Assembly: GCA_010015805.1 (NCBI GenBank)
Contig: ML978127.1
Span: forward strand, 1,178,001-1,242,000
DNA length: 64,000 bases
Source of the DNA: Rhizodiscina lignyota
Taxonomy: Eukaryota
Reading direction: 5' to 3'
How positions within the stretch are numbered: the stretch's first letter is position 1; every line of letters starts with the position of its first letter. The position numbers and the translations under genes were made by a program. A model generated the notes under the pieces. That model did no database searches. It saw only the letters and a list, made by a program, of their open reading frames with translations, and was not told the origin of the DNA. Positions 1-13,391 of this stretch are shown here, piece by piece.

Positions 1-161
1 ATGAGCAGTTAATGCATTACAGTGTCGGCGGCGCATTCACATTGCTGAGATACTTGATCACTTTGGACGCGCTGGCAGTGAAGTGACGACGGCTGCATTT
101 TATTTTCATGCTCTTGTGAATGGCCAAATATCACGCAGAGCTCGCCACTGACATGAATCAG

Positions 162-1071
162 ATACTGTCGCCGCCGCAAGATTCGATGCTCCGGCTTTGA
201 GAATTCGGAGGATGGCCGTTGCCAGAATTGCACGCGCTTTCAGCAAGAATGCGTCTTCACTCCAGTTTCGGCACAGACGCAGGCATTCGTACCTGCTCAC
301 ACCGTCTATGGCCGTGGAGGACATCCTGCTGGAGCGCAGCTGTATGGCGCGTACGGTCAGCCTCTCCCTCCCACGCAACCTCAAGATCCATACGGCCGCG
401 GTGCTCCACAACCATATCCTGTGACAAGCCCAACGGGCCCGTATGCTGGCCCTCCTCCTGGATATGTACCCGCTCCTGCGCCCCTTGATACGCGAAATGG
501 TACTCACAGCCGCAAGCGCCCATCTGACGAGCCTCACACGCCGAGTTTGGCTCCTCCCCCACCGGGTGCTTCTCGCGCGGAGCACGACTATCGTTATCCG
601 GACCCCACGACCCTTGCTCCTTCAGCCGGAGCGGTCTCACCAGCGAGCAGCAGCGCATCGTACCATTCTGCTCCTCAGCAATCGAACCAGCAAACGCCCT
701 ACTACACCCAACCTCCTTCGACGATCGCACACAGCCAACCCCTCCAAGCGCGTCGCCCAAGTCCTACGAGCAGTGCGTACAACTACGATACGAGCCGTGC
801 CTCAAGCTCTCCGCATACGCACCCTCAGCCGGGAACACCGTACGGCGGTGATGCCCTCCGTCCACCTTCTAACCATCCTCAGAGCCGTACGCCACCTCCA
901 GTTTCTACAGCAGGTGGACCAAGCCCGCAGCAGCAGGCCGCCGGTGGCCCAGGAGGTAGACACGGAATGAGCATAAGCAACCTAGTCAGTGGTCAAGGCG
1001 CGCAGGATGCGGCTAGTCCGCCTACAAGGAGCACCATGGATACCAACATGGTGAACAAACTCGGCAAATAA
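162..1071 (+). CDS. Zn(II)2Cys6 fungal transcription factor, last exon (5' part lies upstream of the window)
   Basis: Branch CTGAC (~148) and acceptor AG (160-161), then YCRRRKIRCSGFENSEDGRCQNCTRFQQECVF. These are five of the six Cys of the binuclear cluster. The frame is continuous with the P/S/Q-rich ORF 421-1071 to the stop at 1071. Confidence 0.88.
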
Positions 1072-2693
1072 GCAGGAGCAAGAAGCTGATGGTGTGGACA
1101 GCGGCGTGCGTGAGAGAGGAGCATACGAGGAGTTGTGGAGTTTGGGGTTGAATTTGGTGGCACAATGAAAGAGCAGGGGGGCGTATGGTAGTTGGTGCGA
1201 GCCGGAGGCTGGTCCTTCGGCGTCAAAAAACGAATAATCGAGCGACTCGAGATTTCACACCATACAGCAAACGGACCGCTCCCAATTTTCAATTCAAGGA
1301 TTTTTCCAGCTCTAGGGTTAATTGAGGCTTCCAACAGAAGGCTCGACATTTTATTTCCTTTGTTCCGGCTGAGGAGTAAATCGGATTAGCTCCTGGGAAG
1401 AGACTTCGGATTATCTCTGGGATGGGCGGCCTTTTGCGAGCGTTTTTGCACGTATGGTGGCGATGTCAACTGGGTGGCTGTCTGATCAAATTGCTTTTTG
1501 CAAACTCGTTCTGGTTTTCCCTGCTTTTTGTTCTTGTTATTTTTCGTTTTGGGTCTGCATGGTTCGGTTATCTGCCTTTTCTTTCTAGTGGGTTTCGGAG
1601 CATGCGAGGTCAAGAACAGACTGCAAGTGGGGATTTTGCTTTTCTCGACGTCCGCACAAGCAACACAGGAGAGAGCATGGTTCCAGTTGCATGAGGCTGT
1701 TCTCCGCTCAGGGGAGTGTGCGATATGGTGGTTTTCGATTCTTCCTTCAGATGAGGAAAAGTTCGGAGTTTGCTCTGTTGTAGTTTGACATTCGGGCACA
1801 CGGAGCTTCCCGGCTGATTTTCTGATTTCTTCTCTTCCCCTTGAGCTTGGGTCTCAAAAGTAACTTCTACTTCATCCGACTGTCCTTCCCGACCCCTTTA
1901 ATCCGCGACACACATTCCATAGCACACCAATCCCCACTTCACTTTTCCCCCCAACACGACAGTCCTTTCCGCTCTGCGAGTCTTTTACAGTTTTATATTT
2001 AGATAGACGATTGTGCACGCAGATATCAGATGTCCTCGACTCGCGTCGAGTTGCGTGCACAGGAGGCCCCGTTGCTGTTTGCTGAAGAAGCTGAATTTCT
2101 TACTTTCTTCACCTTATCTGTCCTTACCGCATTGCTTTTGGGTTGAATTTTTGCGTGCGCGGCTTCTTTCGAGGTCCGCGAAAAACATGCTTCTGGGTTG
2201 GCTATCTGATTTTTCTCGCCTTTCGTCTTGCACACATCCCGCGGTGTATGTAGGCTAGGTTAAGCATATATGCGAGTTATACGGTACTCGAAAAGATCGT
2301 CGTGTTGTTCAATTTTGCTTGGCGGTGCCTTGTGATTCTCGTGGATAAGGACCTTTCAACGAACGACCACCTCTACTGTTCGCTTCTTACTCTGTCTTCC
2401 GTTGGTGAGTGTCTTCCGCTTACTAAGGTTATTCTGCGATATCTTCAGACTGACGCATCATCTAGCCCGTGCAAAAATCCCACCGCGCCGGCCCCTTGAT
2501 CAAGTCCGCTTCAGCCTGCAGCGCACTTGCAGACTCTCCGTCGCCCACAGATATATGCGGTTCAGCTAAATGACAAGCAAATACTGCTGAGCTGAGGTGG
2601 CGTACAGAAAGAAATGACTCCGTGGCACTAAGAGAATGCGGGAAGAGTTTGGAATGTATTGATTTCTATAATTTTCGCTTTGCCATTATCTTC

Positions 2694-3766
2694 TCAAAAC
2701 CTATACACTCCATACAACTCGCAGCCTATCCAGATTTCAAAAATTGCCCCCGTCATTTCCTGGTAACCATAAGGCATGTACAGCACCACCATGAACCTGA
2801 GCACGGCGAGCAACACCCACATCATGCAGAACAAATGAGACTGTGTCAGACGAAGCTTCTCAGAGACATCCAGAGTCGTCACGCCGAGAAAGGCGAGCAG
2901 GAATGCGTATGTATGTGCAATTCGAAAGAACCGGGCGAATTGAGGTTCGGGTATTCCGAACTTATTCGACTGGATGCGTGTCAGCTTTGAAATCTCATGG
3001 GGAAGGGCGGCCGCAGAGGACTTGTAGCCTGGACCCTTTCGACATACATAAAACAGGTACCCCACTATTATAGACGTGATGACCGAGAGGCCAGAGACGT
3101 ATTAGTGAACAATAGAAGGAAGTATCTCAGATTTTGGACCCTCCTCGATGGCGCGTAGAAGTAGCCGTTGGCTATTGCTATTTTCACAACTTGCTGTATG
3201 GCATCGTTCAGGTCTCCAAGTGTGATTCCATCCAAATTCACAACCATGGACATGTCGAAGCTTCTCCCACAGGTCAAGTCAAGTAAGCTGTTGACGATGG
3301 GAGGCTGGGTAATGAGCATGCTTCGCGGCGCGTTGAACCTGCCCCGGCGGAACGACCTTTTCCACTCCTCGTAGTCGACATGGATCATTATAGGGTAGGA
3401 GGCGTCGAACTCCTTGCCGTTGACTGGTGCATACCTGACGAGAAACGGATGACGGCGGATATGAGAGCGCCTGGTGTTGTTGTCTGAGCATATTCTGAAA
3501 CGGAAATCGGCCGCGGCACCAAGCGTCATTGTGTAACACATGAGTATATGTCGGTCGGCTATGAGGAACAGCTCTTTTTGCAGTACATGGCTCCCTTGGA
3601 TAAGGTGATTCCATCTGCGGCACACGCCACGAGCTCTCGCAAGCTGGCGCAAATCACGTCTGCAGACGTCGATGAATATCTGCTCGAGAAGCTCGATGGG
3701 TAAAGTGTTGATATGCTTCGCTGTTGTATCTGCATGCGTACCGTCCGTGTCGATTGGTGAGGGCAT
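2694..3766 (-). pseudogene. F-box protein with probable hydrophobic C-terminal part; apparent frameshift near 3102 (copy A)
   Basis: ATG 3766. F-box motif INTLPIELLEQIFIDVCRRDLRQLARARGVCRRWNHLIQGSHVLQKELFL; ORF stops at 3068. Another frame opens at ~3101 (YVSGLSVITSIIVGYLFY), crosses a canonical phase-0 intron GTATGT..GCTGAC..CAG (3047-2970) and reads hydrophobic sequence to 2694. It may instead be an intact 232-aa gene ending at 3068. Confidence 0.62.
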
Positions 3767-4758
3767 GGTGGAAGCGATTGTGGAGGTGGTCCGGAGGACG
3801 ACTGCGACGTTATGGTGTTCGGCAAATTTCACTTGCTTTTCAACGAGTATAGCGAGTGTCGATGGACGTATTATGCCAGACGATGAGCAGGGTACGATTG
3901 AATTGGGCGTGCCTTGAAAGCAGAACAGGGCATGTATGCGGTCTCGTCAGTCGCATTTAAGGTCGGATTGAAAGGCTTGGGATTTAGCGGATTGACAGAG
4001 AACAAAATGAGTTTCAAATAAACAAAGAGATTCAGTGAGGTTGTCCTTACACTTGTGAATTGTTGATGAGGCATCTCGCGCTTTCCGCAATGTTTTCTGT
4101 GAACGTCTCTGCACAAGTTCCTCACTAACCCACCATCAAATATTGAAAGATGCTTGCGAACAGCTAGACGATGACCACTCATTCTAACCGGAATAAAGAC
4201 AAAGACAAACTTTCTGTAGCCAACTATCGATCTTCCAATTAAAAGCACTGCGGCTTCCATTTGCCTGGCATGCGTTAAATCCGAAATTATGATGGTACAT
4301 CTTGACTGCAGCAGCATATACACCAACTCTCTCCCTCCATTGGTACGGTGAATGTTTGGATTCCCCCAGCCGCTCATTTGCTGCTCCTGGGTTCATCCAT
4401 GAACCAGCAAAACGACTCCAAGGCTCCCAACCTCGACCAGGTAACCCATATCCAGCAAATGTATTCGAGCATGGTGGGATAAATATTCTCGCCAAGCAAC
4501 ACTTTTACGATGGAGCTACTGCTGGGACAACGAAGAAGGTGAGCTTAGAATCAGTGCATAGAGGAACCCGTCTACTCGGTTCAAGCTGCGGTCGGAAATG
4601 GTACCAAGTTCCAGGGAAAGAGCGAGTGCCGGCATATGAATCCGGTACCGCGGTGTCACTAGCGAGAGCGCGCCGGAAGGAAATCGCCTTAGTCGTGGAA
4701 GTCGGCCCTGAAGGGTAAAACTACGCCTCTACTTGAAGAACATCTGTGCACCTTCTCC

Positions 4759-4962
4759 AAGAAAGAGACTCTGCCGTGCATAAGTTCGGCGACTGTGCGG
4801 TGACATCCTTTCACCAGGGACAGATCGCACGAGATCTCGTCACTTGCCATATGTGGAGGCAGAGAGCTGGACGAATATCGCTTTGGGGATCTCAACAGGG
4901 AGCAGGTTGGTGTCCTTGGCCTTAGAAGATTCGGCAGCGTTCGAACTGGTTGTAGTTGACAT
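4759..4962 (-). pseudogene. Degenerate F-box gene remnant (copy B)
   Basis: MSTTTSSNAAESSKAKDTNLLPVEIPKAIFVQL..*, then in another frame RAICPW*KDVTAQSPNL, then LFL. This aligns by eye with copy A (AKHINTLPIELLEQIF..RGVCRRWNHLIQGSHVL..LFL). Stops at 4840-4842 and 4811-4813, plus frameshifts. Confidence 0.6.
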
Positions 4963-6143
4963 GGTGTTCCGTCGATTGTGATGACGAAAGCGATATCCTC
5001 TTCGTGGCCTTTTCCCGTCTCGCTGTGAGATTATTAAGTACAAGATTATAGAAATGACTGTTCAAAAAATTCTGGCTCATGAAGTGGTATCTCTGAGTTG
5101 AAAGTTTTTCCAAGTTTTGAATGCAACAAAGGCTGCATTAATCATCAGAGCGACTATGCCCTGCAGACAAGTGGTACACCCGTATATGATTCGTTCTTCC
5201 TAAATAGGACAACATTATGTAGAATTCTGTGAACGTTTACAGAGCCTGAGAACAGAGATGAACTGGTACAGCACTCGCATCCAGGCATCACTGTCGTCTG
5301 GGTCGCTTCACGCGGCAAATGGGCTATTTAGCTTAAGGATTGCCGCAAATCGCTTATTCTCACCAATAGTATATTGAATATACTGCATTGAGCTGTATTA
5401 GAGAGCATCGGTGTGAATTCGATTCTGTCATTTTACAGACAGGTTCCTCAGCGCCCATTTGTCGATTGGCAGTAAAGTACGGCGAGCTGCGCAAGCTGGC
5501 TTGGCTGTCATTCACATAGGAATTGGACTGGTAGTTGGAGTATATTGTGGGTTTTGGTACGAGAGCGAAATTAAGGGCGAGGAGGAGCACAGGAGAGTGA
5601 GGCAAGGAGGACGTCCAGGCGCAGGTGGGCGTTGAAATATATCCACTTCCTCTTTGAGACTAGCTGATACATGCACCCCTTTTCACACTTCCCTAACAGC
5701 AATCAACCAACGATTGCGAAAAGGAAGACCAGAGTTTGTAAGAACGAAGCCTGATAGGAAGTTGCTGGAGTTGCAAGTGCCTTCCGGTTTAAACCGGCTA
5801 TGTATTTTCTTCCTAGTTAGAATTAGGTTGACCGTTTTATCGCAAACGGTCTTACGCAGTACGAATCCAATGCTCCAAACCCGTCTCTGCCAACAATCTT
5901 GATGGAGGAAGCCTCTTCCAATTGTCGCATATGAACAATTGGAAGCCCAAAGTCTCTCCACTGCGAGTTTCGTAAAAGCATGATGACTGACTATTGACTT
6001 CTCGCGCGAGACGGTTGATTGGTCTCCATGAAAGTCACGTGGGAGACATCGTCTGGACGTCATATGCCAAGCGCTCCAACGAAGCTCCAGCTTCTGTGAT
6101 ACCCTCCTCTCAAACAGACCTTTAAATCAATCAATCCGCAAGA

Positions 6144-6730
6144 ATGTCAGGCATCTTCAGCAAGCTTTTCAAGCAGGGCGTACGTCTTCAACTTATCCTT
6201 GTCAATTGACCCTCTAGAATGGTTGCTAACGCATTTCCGTGCAGCCCGGTATCAAGAATGTGATAACCCTCTTCCACTCGCCCAATTCTCCAGCCTCTCT
6301 GCGTGTCTATACTCTCCTAAAGCAGGCGAATGCTGCATCTGTCGCACATGCCACGGAGGACCAGGCAAGCAGCCATGAAGCGCATAACAAGGCGGAGAAG
6401 ACGGAGTTCGACCTCGATGTCACGGAGGCAGACCCTACACCAGACCAGCTGAGGAGCATATTGGAGTTCGTTGGGAGCGGTTCGGCAAGCAAAGTTGTGC
6501 AAGGAGCAACTGATGAAGGAGATGCGGTACAGAAGCTTAAGGGAGGAGGGAGCGCCTTTCAGCGGCCTGTGACGGTGGATTGGGATCAGGGTAAAGTTGG
6601 TATGTATATCGGGGTGCTATGACCAGAAACTACTCCACAAGCCGAACTGACATCAATAGTGCTTGGTGATAATGAGTCGGAGATCATGAAGTTGATACGG
6701 GAAATCCCAAAGGAAACGGGGAAGGTGTAG
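6144..6730 (+). CDS. FMP46: Thioredoxin-like mitochondrial protein of the FMP46/DUF1687 family (3 exons: 6144-6179, 6245-6599, 6660-6730)
   Basis: The splices join in frame. Motifs VITLFHSPNSPASLRVYTLLKQ, FDLDVTEADPTPDQLRSILEF and FQRPVTVDWDQGKVVLGDNESEI are typical of the family. Confidence 0.85.
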
Positions 6731-7426
6731 AAGCAAAAACGGTCGGGATGTGTATAGGTTTTGCAAGAGAACGGGCGTACGTTGTGGTGGCCTCAGTTCT
6801 CAGCTAGTACGCCGCAGAAACTGCGGAAACAAAGAGACGTTTGAGCGGTTTCGAGACCTCCATAGGCAAATGGACTGCGGGAACATTCGCGATGGGCGAC
6901 TCAATGAAGCAGTAGTCAGGAAGTGCCACAAACTAATTCAGCTCAAAAAACCTCTCCCCGGGGCGGCTCGGTGTCTTTCAGAATTGGTGGGGAGCAAGTG
7001 AGTGTCAGCGGGCCCGTGGTGTTGCAATGAGGAAGGCACGCGGCAGCGTTTAATTGCAGCTTCGCACCCGCCTCATGTTTTGCGCTCCCACCGCGCTTTT
7101 TCATAACAAAAAAACAACCCGCCCACAACACCTCTCTCTCCCACACCTCACCTCTCACTCTCTACTCACCACCTCCCATCCCCAATCCTCCCTTCTCTCT
7201 GGGATAAATACGATTCAATCGTTTGCTCTCTTCTGCAGATTATTCTGTCTCATCCAAATACCGCTATCAACGCCAATTTTTCTCGCCGCGCTCGCTTTAA
7301 CACGCCTTCGCTCTTTTGAGCAGCGCGTCGAGGAGAGTTCTCGTCTTCGATCGACCGCCTTCCCAGGCTTTCGCGCAGAGGAGGCTGCTCTGCTTCCCCT
7401 GCGCGTTCGCGTTGTACACTAGCAAC

Positions 7427-10400
7427 ATGGCAAGCATCGTTTCTGCCAACGTACAGCATCCTGTCGAACGTCGGCCTGTATTCACTCCAAGCGGTCTGGC
7501 TCCAAGATCGATTCCATACCCTGCACCACCACCACTGGCTCGCTCAAACATCGGTTACGATGTACCCCAGTACTGCCTTCGTCTCAATGATGAATTCCCG
7601 CAAATTTGCCCGCAGATCCCTTTGGGCCCCCACCGCGTCGAGGACTACTTCGATGCATACGACATTCACCTACAGGGCCGTGTGTTCCTTTCTCAAGTTC
7701 TCCAACACTTGGCAACCAGCAACGCTGGCGCAGTACTCGCGCATGAGTGGATAGCAAGGCACAGAGATAATCTGGATTGGGCATACGGGCTGATCCGACA
7801 GCCCATCGGAGTGCCTGACGTCTTCACTGAGGTCGAGAGACAACAGCACCAGCGCCACCCTGCAGTCCTAGTCTGTGCTTTGGCGCTGCTGAGGCATGGA
7901 GTCATGTGCATGGATCGTGATCAAGAACAAGCTCAAGGTTCGGCTCCTCAATCGCAATCTGCTCCCACTACTCCTACAGTTGCAGCAGCGGCAGTATCTA
8001 CTGTCCAGCCTTCGGCTGCAGTAATTCAAGGCGAGGCATCAGGGATCCAGACAGGCTTGGATCCTTCTCAAAGTCAAGCTGCGCAAGAGGACATTCGATC
8101 TGCGAGTGTCACCCCGCAACCAAGCCGGGGTGTCACTGAAGGTAAAAGAGCTCACTCAATATAATTGAAGATCCCGTCTAATGTCTCACGTAGCTCCAGT
8201 TCCATCCATTCCGGCAGCAGCAGTGAGGAGCCCTCAATTACGTCTATCTCTTCCTGCACCCGATACGAACTCCCCTTCCAACGCCACCATCCCTAGCCGA
8301 CGTGTCGTATCAGACAATGTCACCACGCAAGGTGCAGAACCTATGCATCCTTTCCGCGTCGAGGAGCTTCGGGACAGGCCACCAAACACCTTGCAGAGTT
8401 ACTCTCCACAATTGCGCGCCGTCTCTGCGGCAAACAGCGTCCAAGCGAGTCCCCAGTTCTCTCACCCTATGCTGAGTCAACCCGCATCTTCACGACAAAA
8501 CTCTGGACAATATGCCCCAAACCTTCCTCCACAGTTCGCACCGCCAACTGGCACCCAGCCTCCTGGCATCCAGCCTCCTGGCGCACAACCTCAGCCTTAT
8601 CACCCAGAGATGTACGCTCCCACACTCCACGGGGAAATGCTTCGACGCCAGCATGCGATGAGGGGATATCCAGTTCCTGTCGTTGAAGCGCCATTCTCGG
8701 GTCAACAAGAGATGCTGCAGCATATGGTGCAGATCAATCAGCAATTTGGTCTAGCTAATCAATCTCACGCCTACTACATTCCACCAGGCGCGGTCCCATC
8801 TACTGTTCCTGGAATCCCTGTGTATGGTCCGCATCCAGGTAACATGGTGGCTCAGCCTGTTGGCATGCAACAAGCAATGAATGTTGCTCCTGGCGCAATA
8901 CCTGTCAACATGAACGCCAATCGGTATCCTACCGAGCACTTTCAGGATCAGCGAGACCGCCGTGGATCTCGAGGTGGCCGCCGAGGTGGTCGTGGCAGAG
9001 GTGGCAATTATGGCGCTTCAGGCGGGCGGCGACTTTCCCAAGTGTCGCATGAGGGCGCCAATATCCATCAGCAGTATGGAGGCCCTATCGATTCCTCAAT
9101 CAATCGCCGCGGTAACAGTAATCGCCTTCAAGAGAACTATCGCCCTGGATCACAACCCCCACGCCGCATGTCTGCTACAGGAGAGCCGTTCCCAGTGTAC
9201 AATGAGGAAGCCTTCATAGGTTATCATCAAAACGACCCTCCTCGACGCCAGGCTTACTCCAGCGTTACGGAGATTATCGGGGACGCTGATAAGCTCTGGG
9301 TTGGAAATCTCGAGCCTGGTACGAATAAGAACGACATTTGTGCCCATTTCGAAGCATATGTGCAACTCTTCAAAGTGGACGGTATCTACCCTGACAAGTT
9401 CAACGCTGGAAAGTATTATGCGTTTATTCAGTAAGTGCTATCGATTTTCGCTGAACCTGATTACTTTTGCCAATACTTATCGTTTAGCCTCCACAGCACG
9501 TCCGATGGGAAAAGGGCCTTGAACATGGATAAGACAGTCTTGAAAGGCTCAGAAATAAGCATCAGCGTCGCGAGGGCAAAGTACCCAAGGTACTACAGGC
9601 AAATCCTCGTGAGGGATGAGCATGACTATACTTATGTATTGAAAAACAGAAACGAACCGTTTGCCCATCGCGAGAGCTATCCGAGCAATCGATCGCGTAC
9701 AAGCACGTTCGAAAATGCAGAGGCATATTCGCCTCAAGATGCCCGAAGCGGTCCTGCGCATCCTCGCCTTTGGGAGCCTACGGCAACAACCGATCCGCGC
9801 CGTACGAGGGAGTCTGGGGCCTCGACGCCGTATCAGTCGGCTCCAACAAGTGCCATGGCTACGGACTCGCAGTCTGAAGCTTCCCGTAAAGGATCGCCAA
9901 AGAAGCAGTCTAAGAAGAAGCAGAAGGGCATGGCTAACTGGAAGAGCAAAGACGGCGACGGAGACCAAGATTCTCGCTCTGGACGGCCCACTTTCGAGCG
10001 TTCGCAGTACACCACGGATTCAGGTACACTTACAGAAGGAACAGCAACTAAATTTGGCGACGAAGCAGCTGCAGAAGATCAGCGTGCTGCTATGGAAGCT
10101 ATACAGCAGCCACCTACTCCCGCTGAGGAACCGCTGGATGTGTCTGATCAAGAGCGCACGCCTACGCAGGCCCCCCATAGCGTGGCCGCTGAGGATGCCG
10201 TTATGTCTCTCGAAGGCGCGACGCATAGTGCCAGTGCAATTACAGAGGCTGCCACAGAGGTCACCGCGGCTGTTGATCAAATCGAAGAAGTGCGACCCAC
10301 CGACAATCCAAGCACAAGCGATGTCGAAAGAGATGTCTCTGATGGTCGTCCATCTGAAGCTCTTACCCAAATTCCTGCAACTCCAATGGCCGATTCAAGT

Positions 10401-13391
10401 GCGCTGTCGGAAGAGCAATTTCCCGAAGAGTCTCCTGCACTGCTTGACGCTCCAACGGACATGGAACATGCTCAACAAGCTCTCACAAAGGATACGGAAT
10501 CTAAGAAACAATCTGAGGACACTCCGACGTCTCTAGAAGCACAGGAGGCCAAAAGTGAGGGTGATCCTGATGAAACACCTCCTTGGAAGACCCCGCCTCT
10601 TCAAAATCCAGATTCCGACCTTCCTGCTGCAACCATCGAAGAGCATGAAGAGCCAGTTGCAGATGACAGTCTCGTCGCGGAAGAATTAGAGACCCCAGAG
10701 GTTCCGAAGGCGCAGTCAATTGGTGATGAAAAGGAGCAGCAGCATCCATCTGACCTCCCTCCCAAGTCCAAGGCTGAGCAAAAGAAGGCTGCTCAGGATA
10801 CAAGCTCAATTCATCCTTTCGCTGCTCAAAAAGCTCAAAAGAAGCAAGCACAGGCAGCCAAGAAGAAAGAGAAGAAAAAGGCAAAGGCAAAGGTTGCGGA
10901 AGCCTCGAGTTCCAGATCTGCGAGTGCAAAGATCAGCACCCAGCCAACAGCCACACCTCTTGGCCTTACAGATGTCACCAATGTTGCGAACGCTTCTGCT
11001 GAACAGGCCAGGGATCATGGCCGCATTGACTCCAAGGCGGAAACTTCTCTGAGCTCGGAGCTGCCATCTTTTTTAGAGGTGGCTGAGACTGGAGTGTCCG
11101 ACGGTGAGCAAGGAAAATCGGACCCCCAGCACTCAGCGATCACTTCGAGTGGGGAAGGCGTTAGCGTGACGAATGGAGCTGATGAGGGCATTGCAGAAGC
11201 GCCAAGCGATGTCGTTCAGTCGGAAAGTTCAAAGACAACAACTGTCAAGGGAAAGGGAATATTGGCATCGGTTCGTGTTGCAGTACCGAATATATTTTGG
11301 CGCAGACGCAACACCGATGCAAGTGAGGCTTCAAATGCTGATCCGAAGTCTGAGCAGAAGAGACCGGTGGCCGCGGAAGATGAGCAAGAGAAAAAAGCCG
11401 ATCTCAAGACGCCGACACCAGTCCCCGACTCTCCCGAGTTTTCATTTCCTGACTATCCAAGCAATGTTAAGCCAATAACCAAATCTCGGCTTAATACCGA
11501 TGACGACACTCCACTCTCTCCAACTTCGCACGTCACTCACATTGACCAACAAAACACAACTCCAGCTTCGGTCATCCACTCACGAAACGTAACTCAACAC
11601 TCCATGGCATCTACATTGGCTTCGACAGACGTTGCAAACAGCCCGGATAGTGTCGAGGCCATGACAAGAGACACGCCAGGCGCGTTCCCTCCTCTACCAC
11701 GGACCCCAAAATCGAAGCGTCGCAAGCAAAAGAAGCCTCCTGCTCTTAACTTGAAAGCACCGGCTACCGCTTCTTCGTCTAATCAGAAAGAGTCCACACC
11801 CGAGTTTAAGGCGGCGAGGGAACAAATTGAGGAGCCTCTCACTGAAGTGACGTCTTCATCTGCAACACAAGAGGCTGATCCAGCAAAAGACACTCCTACA
11901 GAGGTGGGACAGCCAAATTCAGCTTCTATAGAGACTCCAACCATGGTCGCAAAGAAGAAAAAGAAGACAAAGAAGAATAGATCAGTGTCCGAAGAAGTTG
12001 AAGCTGGCCCATCAACCGCCGTTACATCCGAGACTCGTACTCCAAGCGCGTCTCGGTATGTAATTAGCGTACCTCAAACCGCTGAAAATGTGTATACTAA
12101 GTTGAACAGAGCGCCTCTCAGCACCGAAGACGCCATCCAAAAGCTCAAAGGCTTCCTATACGAATCCGGGCTGCTCAAGCAAGTTGAGGCGTTCATTGAT
12201 TCAAGAGATCCAGCAGTACACGAAATCGCACTCGATCTTTGCACCCTCTTCGTCTCCATGAACGAACGGAATAGTAAAATCCCCAATACGGTAACAATGC
12301 ACTATTTCGAAAACAAAGAGCACCGTGACTTGAAGATGGATGAACTTCAACAGCAAATTGACGAGTTGGACGAGAAGGTGCCTTGGTGGACGCACGTTGA
12401 CCTGCAGTCCCAAATTGAGGCTACGATCAACGCGCGAATACGCGACGCTAAGCGCCAGCCTGGTCCTACGGAGCAGCAGGTTCGTGAAAAGGCTGCGCAG
12501 GAAGACCGCGAGAGGAACCAGCAAAAACTATTCCAAAGTTTGGGTTTGCCCTTCTATGTCTTCAACTCAAACGCGGGCAGACTTAATCGTGTGCGACTTG
12601 ACTCCACGGGAGAGTCAGCGGACAAGAAAGATGGTGACGATGAGAATGATGTGGACGATGTCAGTGATGAGTTGCTGGCGCAGATAGAGAAACTTGGGCT
12701 TTCACGAGAACCTATCGACGATGCTATGGATATAGACTCGAGCGATGAAGAGAACGATGGCCAAATCGATAGCCCCAGCTGCTCCACCATTCCCGAAGAT
12801 CAAGATCGCGGCTACTTTGAGAAGCAGGACGAAGATCACGGAGGCCCCCAGAGTCGCAAGTCACGACGCACTGCAATCACAGCAGATGAAAGCATCGACC
12901 CTGAAACCAAGCGCATCCAACGCACGGAGGCTATCGAAGAGTACGAACAGTCCAAGGCCGAATACACTGCCGAACTTGCCAGAAATCCGATTGACAAGCA
13001 TGTCCACCGTCAACCACTGCCACCGATAAGCAAGGCACCGGTGATATCTAAAATCTTGGGCACGCGTGAGGATCCGATGAGAGGGATGGACTTCGTGCAG
13101 GATGTTCACAATCGAGACACTTTCCCTGCTATCACAGAGGGCTACGCTCGTACTGCAGACGATAATTTCCCGGCGGACCTCGAGGCTCGTAGCTTGGACT
13201 GGTGGGACAAGCTAGATGAACAAAACGACAAGGACGGTGAAGATGGTGATGCTCAGGTTGACAAGGGCAAGGGGAAGGGAAAAGAGAAGGCCAAAGAGGA
13301 TGATGGCGATGCTGTGCTTCAGGCGATGCAAGCTGCGCACTCGTTGACTCCGCCTGTTAACAGTGCTGCAGGGTCTCCTACCAGGTCCTGA
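7427..13391 (+). CDS. Large (~1950 aa) low-complexity protein with an RGG-rich stretch and one RRM (exons 7427-8141, 8194-9430, 9488-13391)
   Basis: Three long ORFs join in frame through GT-AG introns 8142-8193 and 9431-9487. The RRM spans intron 2: KLWVGNL (RNP2)...KYYAFIHL (RNP1)...KRALNMDKTVLKGSEISISVAR. RGSRGGRRGGRGRGG lies upstream, and there are several Lys-rich NLS-like clusters. Confidence 0.78.

Noticed and set aside
9661..10536. 291-aa alternative-frame ORF inside the RRM gene
   Set aside because: Off-frame shadow with R/L-rich composition and a TTG start; no motif.
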